Shown here: one piece after another, positions 1 to 9,822 of the stretch | Layout of the letters: each line of letters opens with the position of its first letter | Position numbering within the stretch: the first letter of the stretch is position 1 | Assembly (NCBI GenBank): GCA_050260395.1 | Contig: JBLNCC010000124.1 | Coordinates: forward strand, 5,997 to 69,996 | DNA: 64,000 nt | From: Betaproteobacteria bacterium | GTDB taxonomy: Bacteria; Bacillota; SHA-98; UBA4971 | Direction: 5' to 3' | Made by a program: the position numbers and the translations under genes | Notes under the pieces: model-generated | Told to the model about the DNA's origin: nothing | Database searches by the model: none | What the model saw: only the letters and a program-made list of their open reading frames with translations

Positions 1-167
1 CTGGTGCTCGCACCGTTGCCATGGACAACCAACACGTCGAGGTTGTCCTCTACTTCCTTGAGCACAGCCTCGTCTCGGTCGACGACCACGACGTCGTGCC
101 CATCTTCTGAGAGTTTCCTCGCTATCTCGAACCCAACTTTTCCGGCGCCTATCACGATCGCTCTCAC
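1..167 (-). CDS. TrkA/KtrA-family K+ transport NAD-binding subunit, N-terminal fragment (gene runs off window start)
   Basis: Reverse-complement translation from GTG at 167 gives VRAIVIGAGKVGFEIARKLSEDGHDVVVVDRDEAVLKEVEDNLDVLVVHGNGAST, a Rossmann GxGxxG TrkA-N signature. Not in ORF track because <60 aa lie inside the window. Confidence 0.65.
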   Translation of the reverse strand, partial: MRAIVIGAGKVGFEIARKLSEDGHDVVVVDRDEAVLKEVEDNLDVLVVHGNGAST

Positions 168-742
168 CGGTCAAGGCCCCCACATCCGGGCCTACGAGGC
201 CCGCAAAACCCGCGTGACAGAAGGGGCAGCGTCGTTCCGGGACCAAGCAGCCGTACTTCGTGCCCTGCTCACACAAATGCCGGCATCGCCAGAAACACGA
301 ATGCCGACAGAAAAGCGCCCACACGGTATTTCTGTTTATAAGGGCCAAGGGGCCTGAACCAAGCCCATGCCCCTCAGAAAAGGCTTAACCGTCTCGAGCC
401 ACCAGGCCAGCTCTCTCGCCAGTTGGACGACATGTGGTGACATGTTATCTTCGACGTCCGACGCATCTTCTCCTGCCGGCCGCCGTGGAAGCGGCACGGC
501 ACAGTAGCCCCGACCCGCGATAGCAGCGGGGACATCCCGAACCAACCGAACTGCGGCGGCCATCTCGAGGCTGGCTGAAACCTAATGCGGGAGAAGCGGG
601 GAGGCGTCGCCTGGTTACGGAAGAGGGGTTCCGCTCAGCACAAACGGGTTTCCGGGGAACAGGCTTGTCGCGAAGCTGCCCGGCGTGACACCACCAAGCC
701 CGCATCGCTGCTTTCCGCCCCCCAAAAAACCCGGATACAAAA

Positions 743-818
<76 letters not shown>

Positions 819-826
819 TAAGAAAA

Positions 827-904
827 TGGCGGAAGCGACGGGATTCGAACCCGCGATCTCCTGCGTGACAGGCAGGTATGTTAGACCAGCTACACCACGC
901 CTCC
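827..904 (-). tRNA. tRNA-Asp (anticodon GTC)
   Basis: Reverse complement GGAGGCGUGGUGUAGCUGGUCUAACAUACCUGCCUGUCACGCAGGAGAUCGCGGGUUCGAAUCCCGUCGCUUCCGCCA. Acceptor GGAGGCG/CGCUUCC, anticodon loop CUGUCAC, CCA encoded. Confidence 0.88.
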
Positions 905-938
905 GCAAACATCTATGTGCAATTGTCGTTTTTGCTCT

Positions 939-1014
939 TGGTGGGCGAAGGCAGATTTGAACTGCCGACCCCCTCCTTGTAAGGGAGGTGCTCTCCCAAC
1001 TGAGCTATCCGCCC
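939..1014 (-). tRNA. tRNA-Val (anticodon TAC)
   Basis: Reverse complement GGGCGGAUAGCUCAGUUGGGAGAGCACCUCCCUUACAAGGAGGGGGUCGGCAGUUCAAAUCUGCCUUCGCCCACCA. Anticodon loop CUUACAA, CCA encoded. Confidence 0.88.
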
Positions 1015-1068
1015 GCTAGTCAAAGCTTCACAACGCGCCTACGCGCCTCTCGGCCCGGCGCAAGACCA

Positions 1069-1097
1069 ATTATAACCCAACCCGAAGGGCGAGTCAA
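1069..1097 (-). promoter_or_regulatory. sigma-70 promoter of the tRNA Val-Asp-Phe operon (-35 TTGACT, 17-nt spacer, -10 TATAAT)
   Basis: Minus strand reads TTGACTcgcccttcgggttgggtTATAAT. TSS would fall ~45 nt upstream of the tRNA-Val 5' end. Confidence 0.6.
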
Positions 1098-1184
1098 TAC
1101 CGCTCCGCCGTCGTTCCAGCAAGTTCATCCTTTCTCGAAACCACCGCCGGACCGGGCCCTGCAGCTTCCTACGAGAAGTGGGGA

Positions 1185-2222
1185 CTACCTCGCCCTTCGC
1201 GAGGCGTTCGCCACCTTCTCAAGGAGATCAATCTCCTCCAACGCTTTGCCCGCGCCCGTCACAACGCTCATGAGCGGATTGTCCCCGCACCTCACCGGCA
1301 TTCCCGTTTCCTTCGAGATGTAACGGTCGATGCCTCGCAGCAGCGCCCCTCCACCCGTGATGATTATCTCTTTGTCTATTACATCGCTTATGAGCTCTGG
1401 CGGGGTGTTCTCGAGCGTGCTGCGGACGCCCGCCGCTATGGCCGCCATCGGTTCCGCCAGGGCCTCCCGAACTTCCTGTGACGTTAGTGTGATGCTCTTC
1501 GGAAGACCTGTGACATAGTCCCTTCCGCGCACTTCCATGGAGAGTTCCTCTTGCAATGGCCACACCGAGCCTATGGCGATTTTCACATCCTCCGCCGTGC
1601 GCTCGCCTATCATCAGGTTGTAATTCCGCCTTACATGCCTCACTATGGCCTCATCCATGTCGTCTCCGCCCACCCTCACGGAACAGCCGGAGACAATACC
1701 ACCAAGCGAGATCACGGCGGCATTGGTCATGCCGCCCCCGATGTCCACCACCATGCTACCGGTTGGTTCTTGCACAGGGAGGCCCACACCGATAGCCGCT
1801 GCCACCGCCTCTTCAATGAGAAACGCCGCGCGGGCACCAGCCTCAATAGTGGCATCGATCACCGCCCTTCGTTCCACCTCGGTCACGTCCGCCGGAACGG
1901 ACACGATGACTCGCGGCCGCACGAGCGCTCTTCCGCGGCATCCTCTTCGGATGAGGTACCGAAGCAGATGCTTGGTCATCTCGAAATTCGCTATGACGCC
2001 CTGTTTCAGAGGGCGCACGGCACGGATGGCCCCCGGCGTCCTTCCGATCATCTGCTTGGCTTCGCTGCCAACCGCCAGCACCTCGCCGCTGACCTCATCG
2101 ATGGCGACGACCGACGGTTCAAACATAACGACGCCACGCTTGGTCACGTACACGAGTGAATTGGCCGTGCCCAGGTCTATTGCCATATCGCGGACAAAAA
2201 AGCTATACCCATTACGCGCCAC
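1185..2222 (-). CDS. mreB: rod shape-determining protein MreB/Mbl (actin-like ATPase)
   Basis: Motifs IDLGTANSLVYV, VVDIGGGMTNAAVISLGGIV, ITGGGALLRGID. Length 345 aa. Confidence 0.9.
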   Translation of the reverse strand: MARNGYSFFVRDMAIDLGTANSLVYVTKRGVVMFEPSVVAIDEVSGEVLAVGSEAKQMIGRTPGAIRAVRPLKQGVIANFEMTKHLLRYLIRRGCRGRALVRPRVIVSVPADVTEVERRAVIDATIEAGARAAFLIEEAVAAAIGVGLPVQEPTGSMVVDIGGGMTNAAVISLGGIVSGCSVRVGGDDMDEAIVRHVRRNYNLMIGERTAEDVKIAIGSVWPLQEELSMEVRGRDYVTGLPKSITLTSQEVREALAEPMAAIAAGVRSTLENTPPELISDVIDKEIIITGGGALLRGIDRYISKETGMPVRCGDNPLMSVVTGAGKALEEIDLLEKVANASRRAR

Positions 2223-2475
2223 AGTTCTGTGCTCCTTCTTCTGCCCTCGTTTCCCAGCCTTACTGCTTGTTCAGAATTGAGAGCCTGTTGTCGCCCTGGC
2301 TCTGCGCCTTAGGTATCTGGATCTTCTGTTTCTTGGGCTTCTTTTTTTCCCTTTTTGCGGGCACTTTTGCACCCAATCACGATCCCCCCAGGATCGACTA
2401 GGTCCTACGGAAAACGTAGACTTTCCCAAGAGGCTATTCTATACCGCTTCCGTCATTCCTGCCGTTCTTCTGCGC

Positions 2476-3267
2476 TCAACAAGTGTTTCCATCAGTTCCC
2501 ATTCGCACCGCGTCCACAAGCGCAGGAAGAGCCTGCCCCGCCTTGGCGTGTATGACCACGTCCGCACGGCCATCGTAGCCTGTAGGCATCAGGTTTATTA
2601 TCGCAAGATGGGGCGCCATCGCTGGGAGATAGCACACCGGCGCCACTTCAAGACTGGACCCCACGGCGATGAGAAGGTCGCACTCTGCCACCGCCTGCTG
2701 AGCCAGGAGGAAATCAACAGGCAGGGGATCTTCGAAGAGCACCACATCCGGCTTGATGAGTCCACGACACGAGCTGCATCTCGGTAGTTTGCCAAGCCTC
2801 ACCGCATCCAAGATGACCTCGATATCGTAAGCTTTGCCGCATTGTACGCACGTGCCAGTCCGCAAGTGACCGTGGACTTCGAGCACGTTCCTCGATCCCG
2901 CACGTTGATGGAGCCCGTCGATGTTCTGCGTGACCACGACGTCAACAACTCCCATTTCCTCGAGCGCGGCGATGGCTCTGTGCCCGTCGTTCGGTCGCGC
3001 GGCTTGCAGTGTTTCGATGAGCTGCACGATGAATTGGTAGAAGGATTCCGGCATCGTGCGAAAAGCAGTGGCCGAGAGCACCGCCATCGGATCGACCCGG
3101 CTCCATAGACCCGTGCCGGGGCTACGAAAGTCAGGGATACCGCTCTCCGTGGATATGCCAGCCCCGGTGAGAACGACACACTTCTCGGCGCGCCTCACCA
3201 TTCTGGCAAGCTCCGTAACTCCCCTGGAGATCGAAGATGGCTCTTCCGGAGCATCGCTTCGGGACAT
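2476..3267 (-). CDS. NAD-dependent protein deacylase, Sir2/CobB family
   Basis: GAGISTESGIPDFRS and the Zn-ribbon CxxC...CxxC (CVQCGKAY...CSSC). Start chosen at internal Met MSRSD; ORF is open back to 3315. Confidence 0.75.
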   Translation of the reverse strand: MSRSDAPEEPSSISRGVTELARMVRRAEKCVVLTGAGISTESGIPDFRSPGTGLWSRVDPMAVLSATAFRTMPESFYQFIVQLIETLQAARPNDGHRAIAALEEMGVVDVVVTQNIDGLHQRAGSRNVLEVHGHLRTGTCVQCGKAYDIEVILDAVRLGKLPRCSSCRGLIKPDVVLFEDPLPVDFLLAQQAVAECDLLIAVGSSLEVAPVCYLPAMAPHLAIINLMPTGYDGRADVVIHAKAGQALPALVDAVRMGTDGNTC

Positions 3268-3460
3268 TCTCTTTCCCCTCCACCCGTCCAAAGTTCGCGA
3301 GCGCCTGCCGTGCATTCAGCCTGCATTCCCCAGGCGAACAAGTCAGGAAGGCCCCGGGCGGCTCCCCCCTTTTTCGCCGGGCGAGCCGCCGGGGAACGAA
3401 CTCTCGCCCGGCAGGATCTACCATCGGCTAGACAAGCACATATGCGGCGCCGCGCCACAC

Positions 3461-4411
3461 CTAGTCAAGGTCAAGCCCGCGCAGTTCGGGCGCAAGCTTC
3501 CTCCGGGCGTAATGAAACAAGAACTGTTGCGCATAGCCCGCGAGTTCGCCGAACCTTTCCCGGGCAAACTGCGCTATGGTCGCCGCCGACACCTTGCTCC
3601 CGCCGAAATAGACGTAGCGCATCACCCTTGTCATCCACACATCAATCGGAAACGCCTGGTAGAATCCAAGCGAAAACAACAGGACACAGTCGGCGACCTT
3701 CTCGCCCACACCCCGCAGGCCCATCAGCTTCTCCTTTGCGCCCTCGTACCCAAGGGTGCGGAGAGCTTGGAAATCGATGCCACCGGACGCCACTCTCTCC
3801 GCTGCAGCCTTCACGTACTGTGACCTGAACCCCGCGCCGCACCTCACAAGATCGAGGACGTCCGCCGACGCGAGCCTGCCCGGCGTCGGAAAGCTGTAAT
3901 AGGGTGTCTGCGCGGGTCCGCTGCCATCGTCCGTCTGAACGCTGTCGTCGCTTTCCTGGAAGATGGGATCTCCATAGGCTCTCGCTATCCGCTCCACCGC
4001 ACGACGGATGAGGGGAATGGCGTTCCTGGCAGAAAGGATGAATGACACCAGGCATTCCCATGGTTCCTGCCGGAGCAGACGGAGCCCGCTGAACGACCTC
4101 ACCGCGGAGTCGAGCGTGGGGTCTGTGTTGCACAGCCGCTCCTCGATGCTCGCCTGGTCCACATCGAGCGAGAAGTAATCGATCGCAAGCCGAATCACCT
4201 CTTCGCAACCGGGCCTGACGAGTACGAGCGAATCACCCTCCTGCACCGCCCGAATGACCCTCCCGCGCACGACACCGGTGAACAGGCCGTCCGCGACGTC
4301 CCACCGGAAGGCTTGTCCAGATTCCAGGGTCTCCTTGAGGTTGAACGGTGATATGCCTGAGATGACCACGTCATCCCGGCGCGTCTCTATCTTCGGCACC
4401 ACCAAGCTCAT
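3461..4411 (-). CDS. 8-oxoguanine DNA glycosylase/AP lyase (OGG1-like, HhH-GPD superfamily)
   Basis: N-terminal OGG domain plus helix-hairpin-helix LMGLRGVGEKVADCVLLFSLG...FPIDVWM with the catalytic Asp region. Confidence 0.6.
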   Translation of the reverse strand: MSLVVPKIETRRDDVVISGISPFNLKETLESGQAFRWDVADGLFTGVVRGRVIRAVQEGDSLVLVRPGCEEVIRLAIDYFSLDVDQASIEERLCNTDPTLDSAVRSFSGLRLLRQEPWECLVSFILSARNAIPLIRRAVERIARAYGDPIFQESDDSVQTDDGSGPAQTPYYSFPTPGRLASADVLDLVRCGAGFRSQYVKAAAERVASGGIDFQALRTLGYEGAKEKLMGLRGVGEKVADCVLLFSLGFYQAFPIDVWMTRVMRYVYFGGSKVSAATIAQFARERFGELAGYAQQFLFHYARRKLAPELRGLDLD

Positions 4412-7161
4412 TTCGCCCCTCTTTCGAGTTCTCGTAGCAAAGTGCCCAGCTCCTCGAGGGACTCGCCGAATCCGGCGAAGTCCCCCTCCCGCAGCCGTTT
4501 GTTCGCGTCCTCGTACGCCCGAACCGCACGACCAACAAGCTCAGATAGGGCTCTGGTGGCGCTCTCCTGCGAGGACGTCTGCGGCAGCACCTGTACACCC
4601 TTCTCTGGCTCCGTGGCCGCCCCGTCGCTCGCAGCCGCGGCACCGAACGCAGCGGCCAGAGCGCCTTCCAGGGTGACGTCCATGGCCACGGCGTCGCCGA
4701 ACGAGACTATCACCCTCTTCAACTCCGGAAGATCGCTCCGCTCCGCAAGAAGATACAGCGGCTCCACGTAAAGGATTGAGTTCTCTATCGGGATGACCAG
4801 GAGGTTTCCCCGCACGACCTTCGACCCCCGCTGACTCCACAAGGTGAGCGCCTGCGATACGGCGGGATCCTGATCGATCCTCGCCTCGACCTGCATAGGC
4901 CCGTATACAAGGCGATCTTTCGGGAAAGTGTACAGCATAAGCTGCCCGTAGCGAGGGAAATCGTTTCTGGCGGCAAGCCAGGCGATCATGTTGTCTTTGC
5001 CTGATGGAGTGAACGGCACGGTGAGCAGATACTCGGGCCGCTCGTCGCCTGGCATGCGCATGAACACATAGTAGGGCTGCACGGTTTGGCGCTCGCCGCC
5101 GTATACCTCCACCGGGAATTCCCAGAAATCCTCCTGTTTGTAGAAGGCATCCGGGTCTGTCGTATGATACGTGCCGAGCACGCGAGCCTGAATCGCGAAC
5201 AGATCCTCGGGATAACGTACGTGAGCTTTCAGCGACGCAGGCATTTCGTCCATCGGCGCGAACATCCCCGGGAAGACACCAGCTAAGCTCCTTATGATGG
5301 GTTCGTCCGGGTCAGGGGTGTAAAACGTCACATCGCCGCTGTATCCATCAACAACGACCTTGACCGAGTTCCGGATGTAGTTGATTCCCTCCTCGACAGG
5401 TTGAGAATAGGGATAAAGATCGCTCACCACATACGCGTCCCACATCCAGAAGAGTCTCCCGTCCGCAAGCACCAGATACGGGTCTTTGTCGTACCTGAGA
5501 AAGGGTGCTATGGTCTTTACACGGTCGCGGATGTTCCGAATATATAACACCCGGCTGTCCTTGCTCATATCCGTGGACATCAGGAATTGCATGCTCCCAA
5601 ATCGCGCGGCGAACAAGAGCCTTCTCCAGAACGACGACAACCGGACGCCGCCGCGCCCTTCGTAAGTCGTGTAAGTACCGGATTCCCCTGCGGGGTAATC
5701 GAATTCCCGAGCGGACGTGCCGACCACTACGTACTCGTCAGTGCACTCTCCGTAGTAAATCTCGGGACGCACCACGTCAAATCCCTCGTCGCTCCGCAGT
5801 GGAATGTCCCTTATCGTGAAGCTTGGAAGCCCTTCAGCAGAAACCCGGGTCACGTCGCTCATGACCAGCCCATAGCCATGAGTATACACCAAGTGTTCAT
5901 TCACCCATGTCCTCCCCTGCTCCGGCAGTTCCGCAAGGGACAGCTCGCGCGCGCACAGCGCCATTTGCCGTGTCCGGCCGTCCACGGTGTACCTGTCGAT
6001 GTCAACATCATTGAAGTTATAGTATACCCTGATCTCCTGCAGCTGGTTCAGAGTCTGAGAAAGGGGACGCCAGTCCCAGAGCCTCATGTTCTTGATGGTA
6101 TCCCGGTGAGCGGTCACGAGCCTCTCTAGCGTTAGGTCGTTGCGGACGTCGATGGGTCGCACCTCGATGTCGTTCAAGCCGAACGCCTGCCTGGTCGCCC
6201 CGATGTTATAGCCTATGTAGGGCCGCTCTCTCGATAGTTCGTTGGGCTCCACCGAAAGCTCCTGGATAATGGCAGGGTATATCGTCCCTAAAACGAAGGA
6301 GCCAACGACAAGCATCCCGGCGGCCGCAAGAACGAGCTTCTCTCCACGGATGAAGAGGCTCGCAAGCAGCGAAGCCGCCGCAACGACCGCTGTCACAGAC
6401 AGAACCTTGAGGGCAGGCAGCGTTGCATGCACGTCCGTGTAACCCGCCCCGAACGCGACGCCCCGACTGGAGTACACGAGCGCCAACCCGGCAAGCCGAT
6501 AGCCCCAGGCCTTCAGCAAAAGGCAGAGCGTTGCCAGGCCAGCGACGTGGTGCCTGGCCCTCAGGGTCCCGGTCACGTGGGTGCCCCTCAGGCCAATGGA
6601 CCGTGTCACAATGTAGATCGCCGTCACGAGCGCCGTAGTGACGAGCGCAAGGGTCATGAGGAAAGAGTACGCGAGTCGATAAAACGGCAGGCTGAACATG
6701 TAGAAGCCGACATCCAAGCCAAACAAAGGGTCCCTCGCCCCTCCCGGCGCGCGGTGCAAGAACTGCTGAACAACCATCCAATACGAGGAGCCTTCCAAGC
6801 CAGCAAAAGCCGCCAGGAGCAGGCTCACAGCGAAGACAACAAGCCTTGCCTTTTCCGCTGTAAGCCGCACCGGGACATTGTACGAAAGCAGTGAAACCCT
6901 TTCGAAGCTCTTGGCCGCTACCCTGAGGTTAGCATAAGAAAAGACGAAGAAAGCCGCGGCAGCAACAAAGCCGACCATCACCCGTGACAATATCGGTACC
7001 CATAGCGCTTGCGGGTACCCCAATTCCCGGAACCACATAATATCTGTGACAAACGTAGCGATCCCCCGAAACGACGCAACGAAGGCCGCAACCACCACAA
7101 CTACTACGAACCAGAAACACCGCCGGATCACCGCATTCCCCCCGTCCACGCCCTGGGGCAA
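4408..7161 (-). CDS. UPF0182-family large membrane protein (COG1615), function unknown
   Basis: 917 aa. About seven N-terminal TM helices are followed by a large soluble domain, the architecture of UPF0182 proteins of Firmicutes/Actinobacteria. Confidence 0.5.
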   Translation of the reverse strand: MPQGVDGGNAVIRRCFWFVVVVVVAAFVASFRGIATFVTDIMWFRELGYPQALWVPILSRVMVGFVAAAAFFVFSYANLRVAAKSFERVSLLSYNVPVRLTAEKARLVVFAVSLLLAAFAGLEGSSYWMVVQQFLHRAPGGARDPLFGLDVGFYMFSLPFYRLAYSFLMTLALVTTALVTAIYIVTRSIGLRGTHVTGTLRARHHVAGLATLCLLLKAWGYRLAGLALVYSSRGVAFGAGYTDVHATLPALKVLSVTAVVAAASLLASLFIRGEKLVLAAAGMLVVGSFVLGTIYPAIIQELSVEPNELSRERPYIGYNIGATRQAFGLNDIEVRPIDVRNDLTLERLVTAHRDTIKNMRLWDWRPLSQTLNQLQEIRVYYNFNDVDIDRYTVDGRTRQMALCARELSLAELPEQGRTWVNEHLVYTHGYGLVMSDVTRVSAEGLPSFTIRDIPLRSDEGFDVVRPEIYYGECTDEYVVVGTSAREFDYPAGESGTYTTYEGRGGVRLSSFWRRLLFAARFGSMQFLMSTDMSKDSRVLYIRNIRDRVKTIAPFLRYDKDPYLVLADGRLFWMWDAYVVSDLYPYSQPVEEGINYIRNSVKVVVDGYSGDVTFYTPDPDEPIIRSLAGVFPGMFAPMDEMPASLKAHVRYPEDLFAIQARVLGTYHTTDPDAFYKQEDFWEFPVEVYGGERQTVQPYYVFMRMPGDERPEYLLTVPFTPSGKDNMIAWLAARNDFPRYGQLMLYTFPKDRLVYGPMQVEARIDQDPAVSQALTLWSQRGSKVVRGNLLVIPIENSILYVEPLYLLAERSDLPELKRVIVSFGDAVAMDVTLEGALAAAFGAAAASDGAATEPEKGVQVLPQTSSQESATRALSELVGRAVRAYEDANKRLREGDFAGFGESLEELGTLLRELERGAK

Positions 7162-7264
7162 CCGGCTCTTGTACTGATCGCGATGAAATCGCGCCGGTCT
7201 CGCACGTGGACTCGACCCTGATAACGGATGCTGCGCCCCAGAAACAACAGGCCTGCGGCACGCG

Positions 7265-7534
7265 TCATGAGCCGTCGCGCGTGTCGGCTTTTTTATCCTT
7301 CGTCAACCGGCACACGATTCCTGCCACAGGCGCGCCTGCGGTTCCCCTTCCAACCCATCTTTCGGCTGCACAAGATGGTAGAAAGCGCCGGGCCACGTCG
7401 AGGAACCCAAGGGCATGGCGTAGCATGACCGCCTTTACCTCAGGGTCGTCCGCCCATCTGGCCTCCTCAGTGCATATATGTCCCAGCATGAGGCATGCAT
7501 CAGCGAGTCTCGTTTCCATGGACCAAAGCTCCAT
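7265..7534 (-). CDS. hypothetical small protein (89 aa), strong SD
   Basis: AGGGGGG lies 6 nt upstream of the ATG. Non-repetitive, helical-looking sequence MELWSMETRLADACLMLGHICTEEARW.... No recognisable family. Sits between the CPBP protease and UPF0182 genes. Confidence 0.35.
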   Translation of the reverse strand: MELWSMETRLADACLMLGHICTEEARWADDPEVKAVMLRHALGFLDVARRFLPSCAAERWVGRGTAGAPVAGIVCRLTKDKKADTRDGS

Positions 7535-7585
7535 GAACAGCCCCCCTGACTTGGCCGCGGCGGCCGGGGCCCCCTCAGTGCCGCG

Positions 7586-8368
7586 TCACGCCTCACCGCG
7601 CCCCGGGATCACCGCCGCCCGCTCCCAGCGTCGCTCCGCTTTGCTCCACATCAGGCCCGCGTAGTTCAGCCACCAGTGGACGAGCCACCCAGGCCATAGC
7701 GAACCCGCCATCCCGTTCAAGATGCAGAAACCGGCGCCCAGACTCGACGGAACCACCAAGGCATACCACAAGAGGAAGGCGCTCTTGCCGCGGGTGGCCA
7801 TCCTCATCGGAATGAAGTGCAAGAGGCCGAACGCCAGGGATGACGACGCAACCGCAGCCGCTGCCGCCCACTCGGCAGGGACACCAAGACTCCTCAGCAT
7901 CGCGGCCGCTCCGGACAGCGCAAGCCCTCGGAACGCAAACTCCTCCGCAAAAGTCTGCGAGAACGTCATAGCCGCTCCCACCAGTGCAGCGCGCACAAAG
8001 CCACTATGGACGAGGGCCAGGTACGCGCCGCCAGGGTTGATCGCGCCACTGTCCACGAGGGCCCTCATGATCGGCCGGAAGAGGTATGCCTGTACCAGCC
8101 GACTCATCACGAAGGCTGTCGCCCACAGAGCACACATGTGCCACCAAGGGCATCCCGCGAGCTCCCTAACACAAAGGCCGGTTGCAAGCAGCGGGTCCCT
8201 GCCGTACACCGCCCAACCGATGATAAGTAGCGCTGTTCCCAAAAGAGGTATGCCGTCGATGGTCCCGTCCGCCCCGACATCCGCGCTTTCCTTCGACGAC
8301 CTGTTGACGTCCGCAAGCATCCTGGTGACGAAACTGAGAGCGAGGGACAAATACACGATCCCCGTCAT
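7586..8368 (-). CDS. CPBP-family (CAAX/Abi) intramembrane metalloprotease
   Basis: Multi-TM protein with the EExxxR motif (AEEFAFRGL) and FxxxH motif (FGLLHF). Confidence 0.7.
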   Translation of the reverse strand: MTGIVYLSLALSFVTRMLADVNRSSKESADVGADGTIDGIPLLGTALLIIGWAVYGRDPLLATGLCVRELAGCPWWHMCALWATAFVMSRLVQAYLFRPIMRALVDSGAINPGGAYLALVHSGFVRAALVGAAMTFSQTFAEEFAFRGLALSGAAAMLRSLGVPAEWAAAAAVASSSLAFGLLHFIPMRMATRGKSAFLLWYALVVPSSLGAGFCILNGMAGSLWPGWLVHWWLNYAGLMWSKAERRWERAAVIPGRGEA

Positions 8369-8374
8369 ACTCTC

Positions 8375-9703
8375 TCACAACCCACCTGCAAGAGCGGCTG
8401 CAACCGCCCTAGCATTCTCGACGATGGTCCGGTCGTCGCGCCAACCCGACAACAATGCCAAGTAGGCCGTCTTGTAGAACTCGCAATACGGATCGATGGC
8501 GAGGAGGCTGCCCCCCTGCGCGAGTGCATGGGCTCGGCACCCACCGCCGCAGAAGTATGCCACCTTGCATTGGGAACAACCGGGGATTTCGTTCACCTCG
8601 GGTACAACGCTCTTCCCCGCGCGGCGTATTTTCGAAAGCGAGCTACCAGGCAACCTTCCAAGGAGCATTTCGGGACGGTGCATCAAGGGACACGGATACA
8701 CTGCGCCATCCGGACCGACGCTGAGGACGCTGTACCCGGCACCGCAGCCGACTTTCACGCGTAAGTCCACTGCCGGGCCAGGGTCTCGGCCCTTTGACCA
8801 TCCCTTCGAGTCCTGACAGGTCCGCTTCACAAGCGAGGCAAAGCAGGCAAGGAGCTCCCTCGGCGCGATCGAGAGATCTGCCGCATGACACGCGCCTCGT
8901 CCCACTGGCACGAAAAGACTGAAATGGTAGCCAACGCCGAGCTCCCTGGCAAGCTTTATAATGCCTTGAACCCGCGCGAGGTTCCTCCGAGTCAGAGTGG
9001 GCACGATCTCAATCCCGCCGACGCCCGCGGACCGCAGCGCACGAATGCCCCGCATCGCGGACCCGAAGCTACCGCGACCTCGTGCCAGTTCGTGGGTAGC
9101 GGGATCGTCTGATTCGATGCTCACTTGCACCCTGGCCCCGCACTCCTTTACCAGCCTTGCTTCTTTTTCACCTATAAGGCATCCGTTGGTAAGGAGCACA
9201 ACGTCGTCGAATCTTCGTGTGGCAAACGCCAGTATGTCGCCTATATCGTCACGGAGAAACGGCTCTCCACCGCTTACGACGAGACACCGTGGTTTGCCGG
9301 TTGCAAGCACGTCTAGCACAGACAGCGCTTCATCGGTCGAGAGATCGCCGGCGCCAGGTCCATCCCCAGCCGCGAAGTAACATGCCGGGCAAGAGAGGTT
9401 GCACCTATCAGTAACGTTGAAGTACACTCGACCGAGGCTCGCCGCTTCCCCGGCCTCTACTATGAAGCCCGCGTCTAGGAGATAACGGAGGAGCCCTTCC
9501 ACCTCTTCGGAGTCAGCTCCCCGCAGGGCGCATTCCAGCGCCACAAGCTTAGTCGCCGGGAGGTTCCCAGAGTTTTCCGCGAGCTCATATGCCTCACGAG
9601 TCAACTTGATCCACTCGAGGTTTTTGGGATTCACCAGCACATACTGGCCTTCAAACTCAGACACTGGCACTTCGGGGCAGATTGTGTAGACCTTCTCATC
9701 CAC
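8375..9703 (-). CDS. radical SAM / SPASM-domain peptide-modifying enzyme with N-terminal RRE(PqqD)-like domain
   Basis: CNLSCPACYF (CxxxCxxC) about 110 aa from the N-terminus. C-terminal Cys-rich SPASM (CPLMH...CSQCKVAYFCGGGC). N-terminal QYVLVNPKNLEWIKLTREAYEL resembles a RiPP recognition element. Confidence 0.75.
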   Translation of the reverse strand: MDEKVYTICPEVPVSEFEGQYVLVNPKNLEWIKLTREAYELAENSGNLPATKLVALECALRGADSEEVEGLLRYLLDAGFIVEAGEAASLGRVYFNVTDRCNLSCPACYFAAGDGPGAGDLSTDEALSVLDVLATGKPRCLVVSGGEPFLRDDIGDILAFATRRFDDVVLLTNGCLIGEKEARLVKECGARVQVSIESDDPATHELARGRGSFGSAMRGIRALRSAGVGGIEIVPTLTRRNLARVQGIIKLARELGVGYHFSLFVPVGRGACHAADLSIAPRELLACFASLVKRTCQDSKGWSKGRDPGPAVDLRVKVGCGAGYSVLSVGPDGAVYPCPLMHRPEMLLGRLPGSSLSKIRRAGKSVVPEVNEIPGCSQCKVAYFCGGGCRAHALAQGGSLLAIDPYCEFYKTAYLALLSGWRDDRTIVENARAVAAALAGGL

Positions 9704-9740
9704 CAGTACCGAGGCCCCCCTTCGTCATCCGTCGACCGAT

Positions 9741-9822
9741 GTGAGGGTGCGTTAGCCATTGCCGCATTTCCAGCGGTTGCCGGGTTGCCGGTGTTGCACA
9801 CGGGGACGGCGCCCCAGGCGGC
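9741..9822 (-). promoter_or_regulatory. conserved 82-nt leader element, copy A (89% identical to 45696..45777), 38 nt upstream of the radical SAM gene start
   Basis: Alignment with copy B shows 9 mismatches in 82. Contains tandem TTGCCGG(G)TTGCCGGTGTTGCAC repeats and a GGGGCGCCGUCCCC hairpin. An upstream stem shows compensatory changes between copies. Confidence 0.6.

Noticed and set aside
560-742. Possible tRNA-Sec or other structured RNA downstream of tRNA-Phe (sequence begins GGAAGAGG, resembling the selC 5' end; selenium-linked enzymes are nearby)
   Set aside because: No convincing 8-bp acceptor pairing, no UCA anticodon loop and no T-loop consensus in either orientation.
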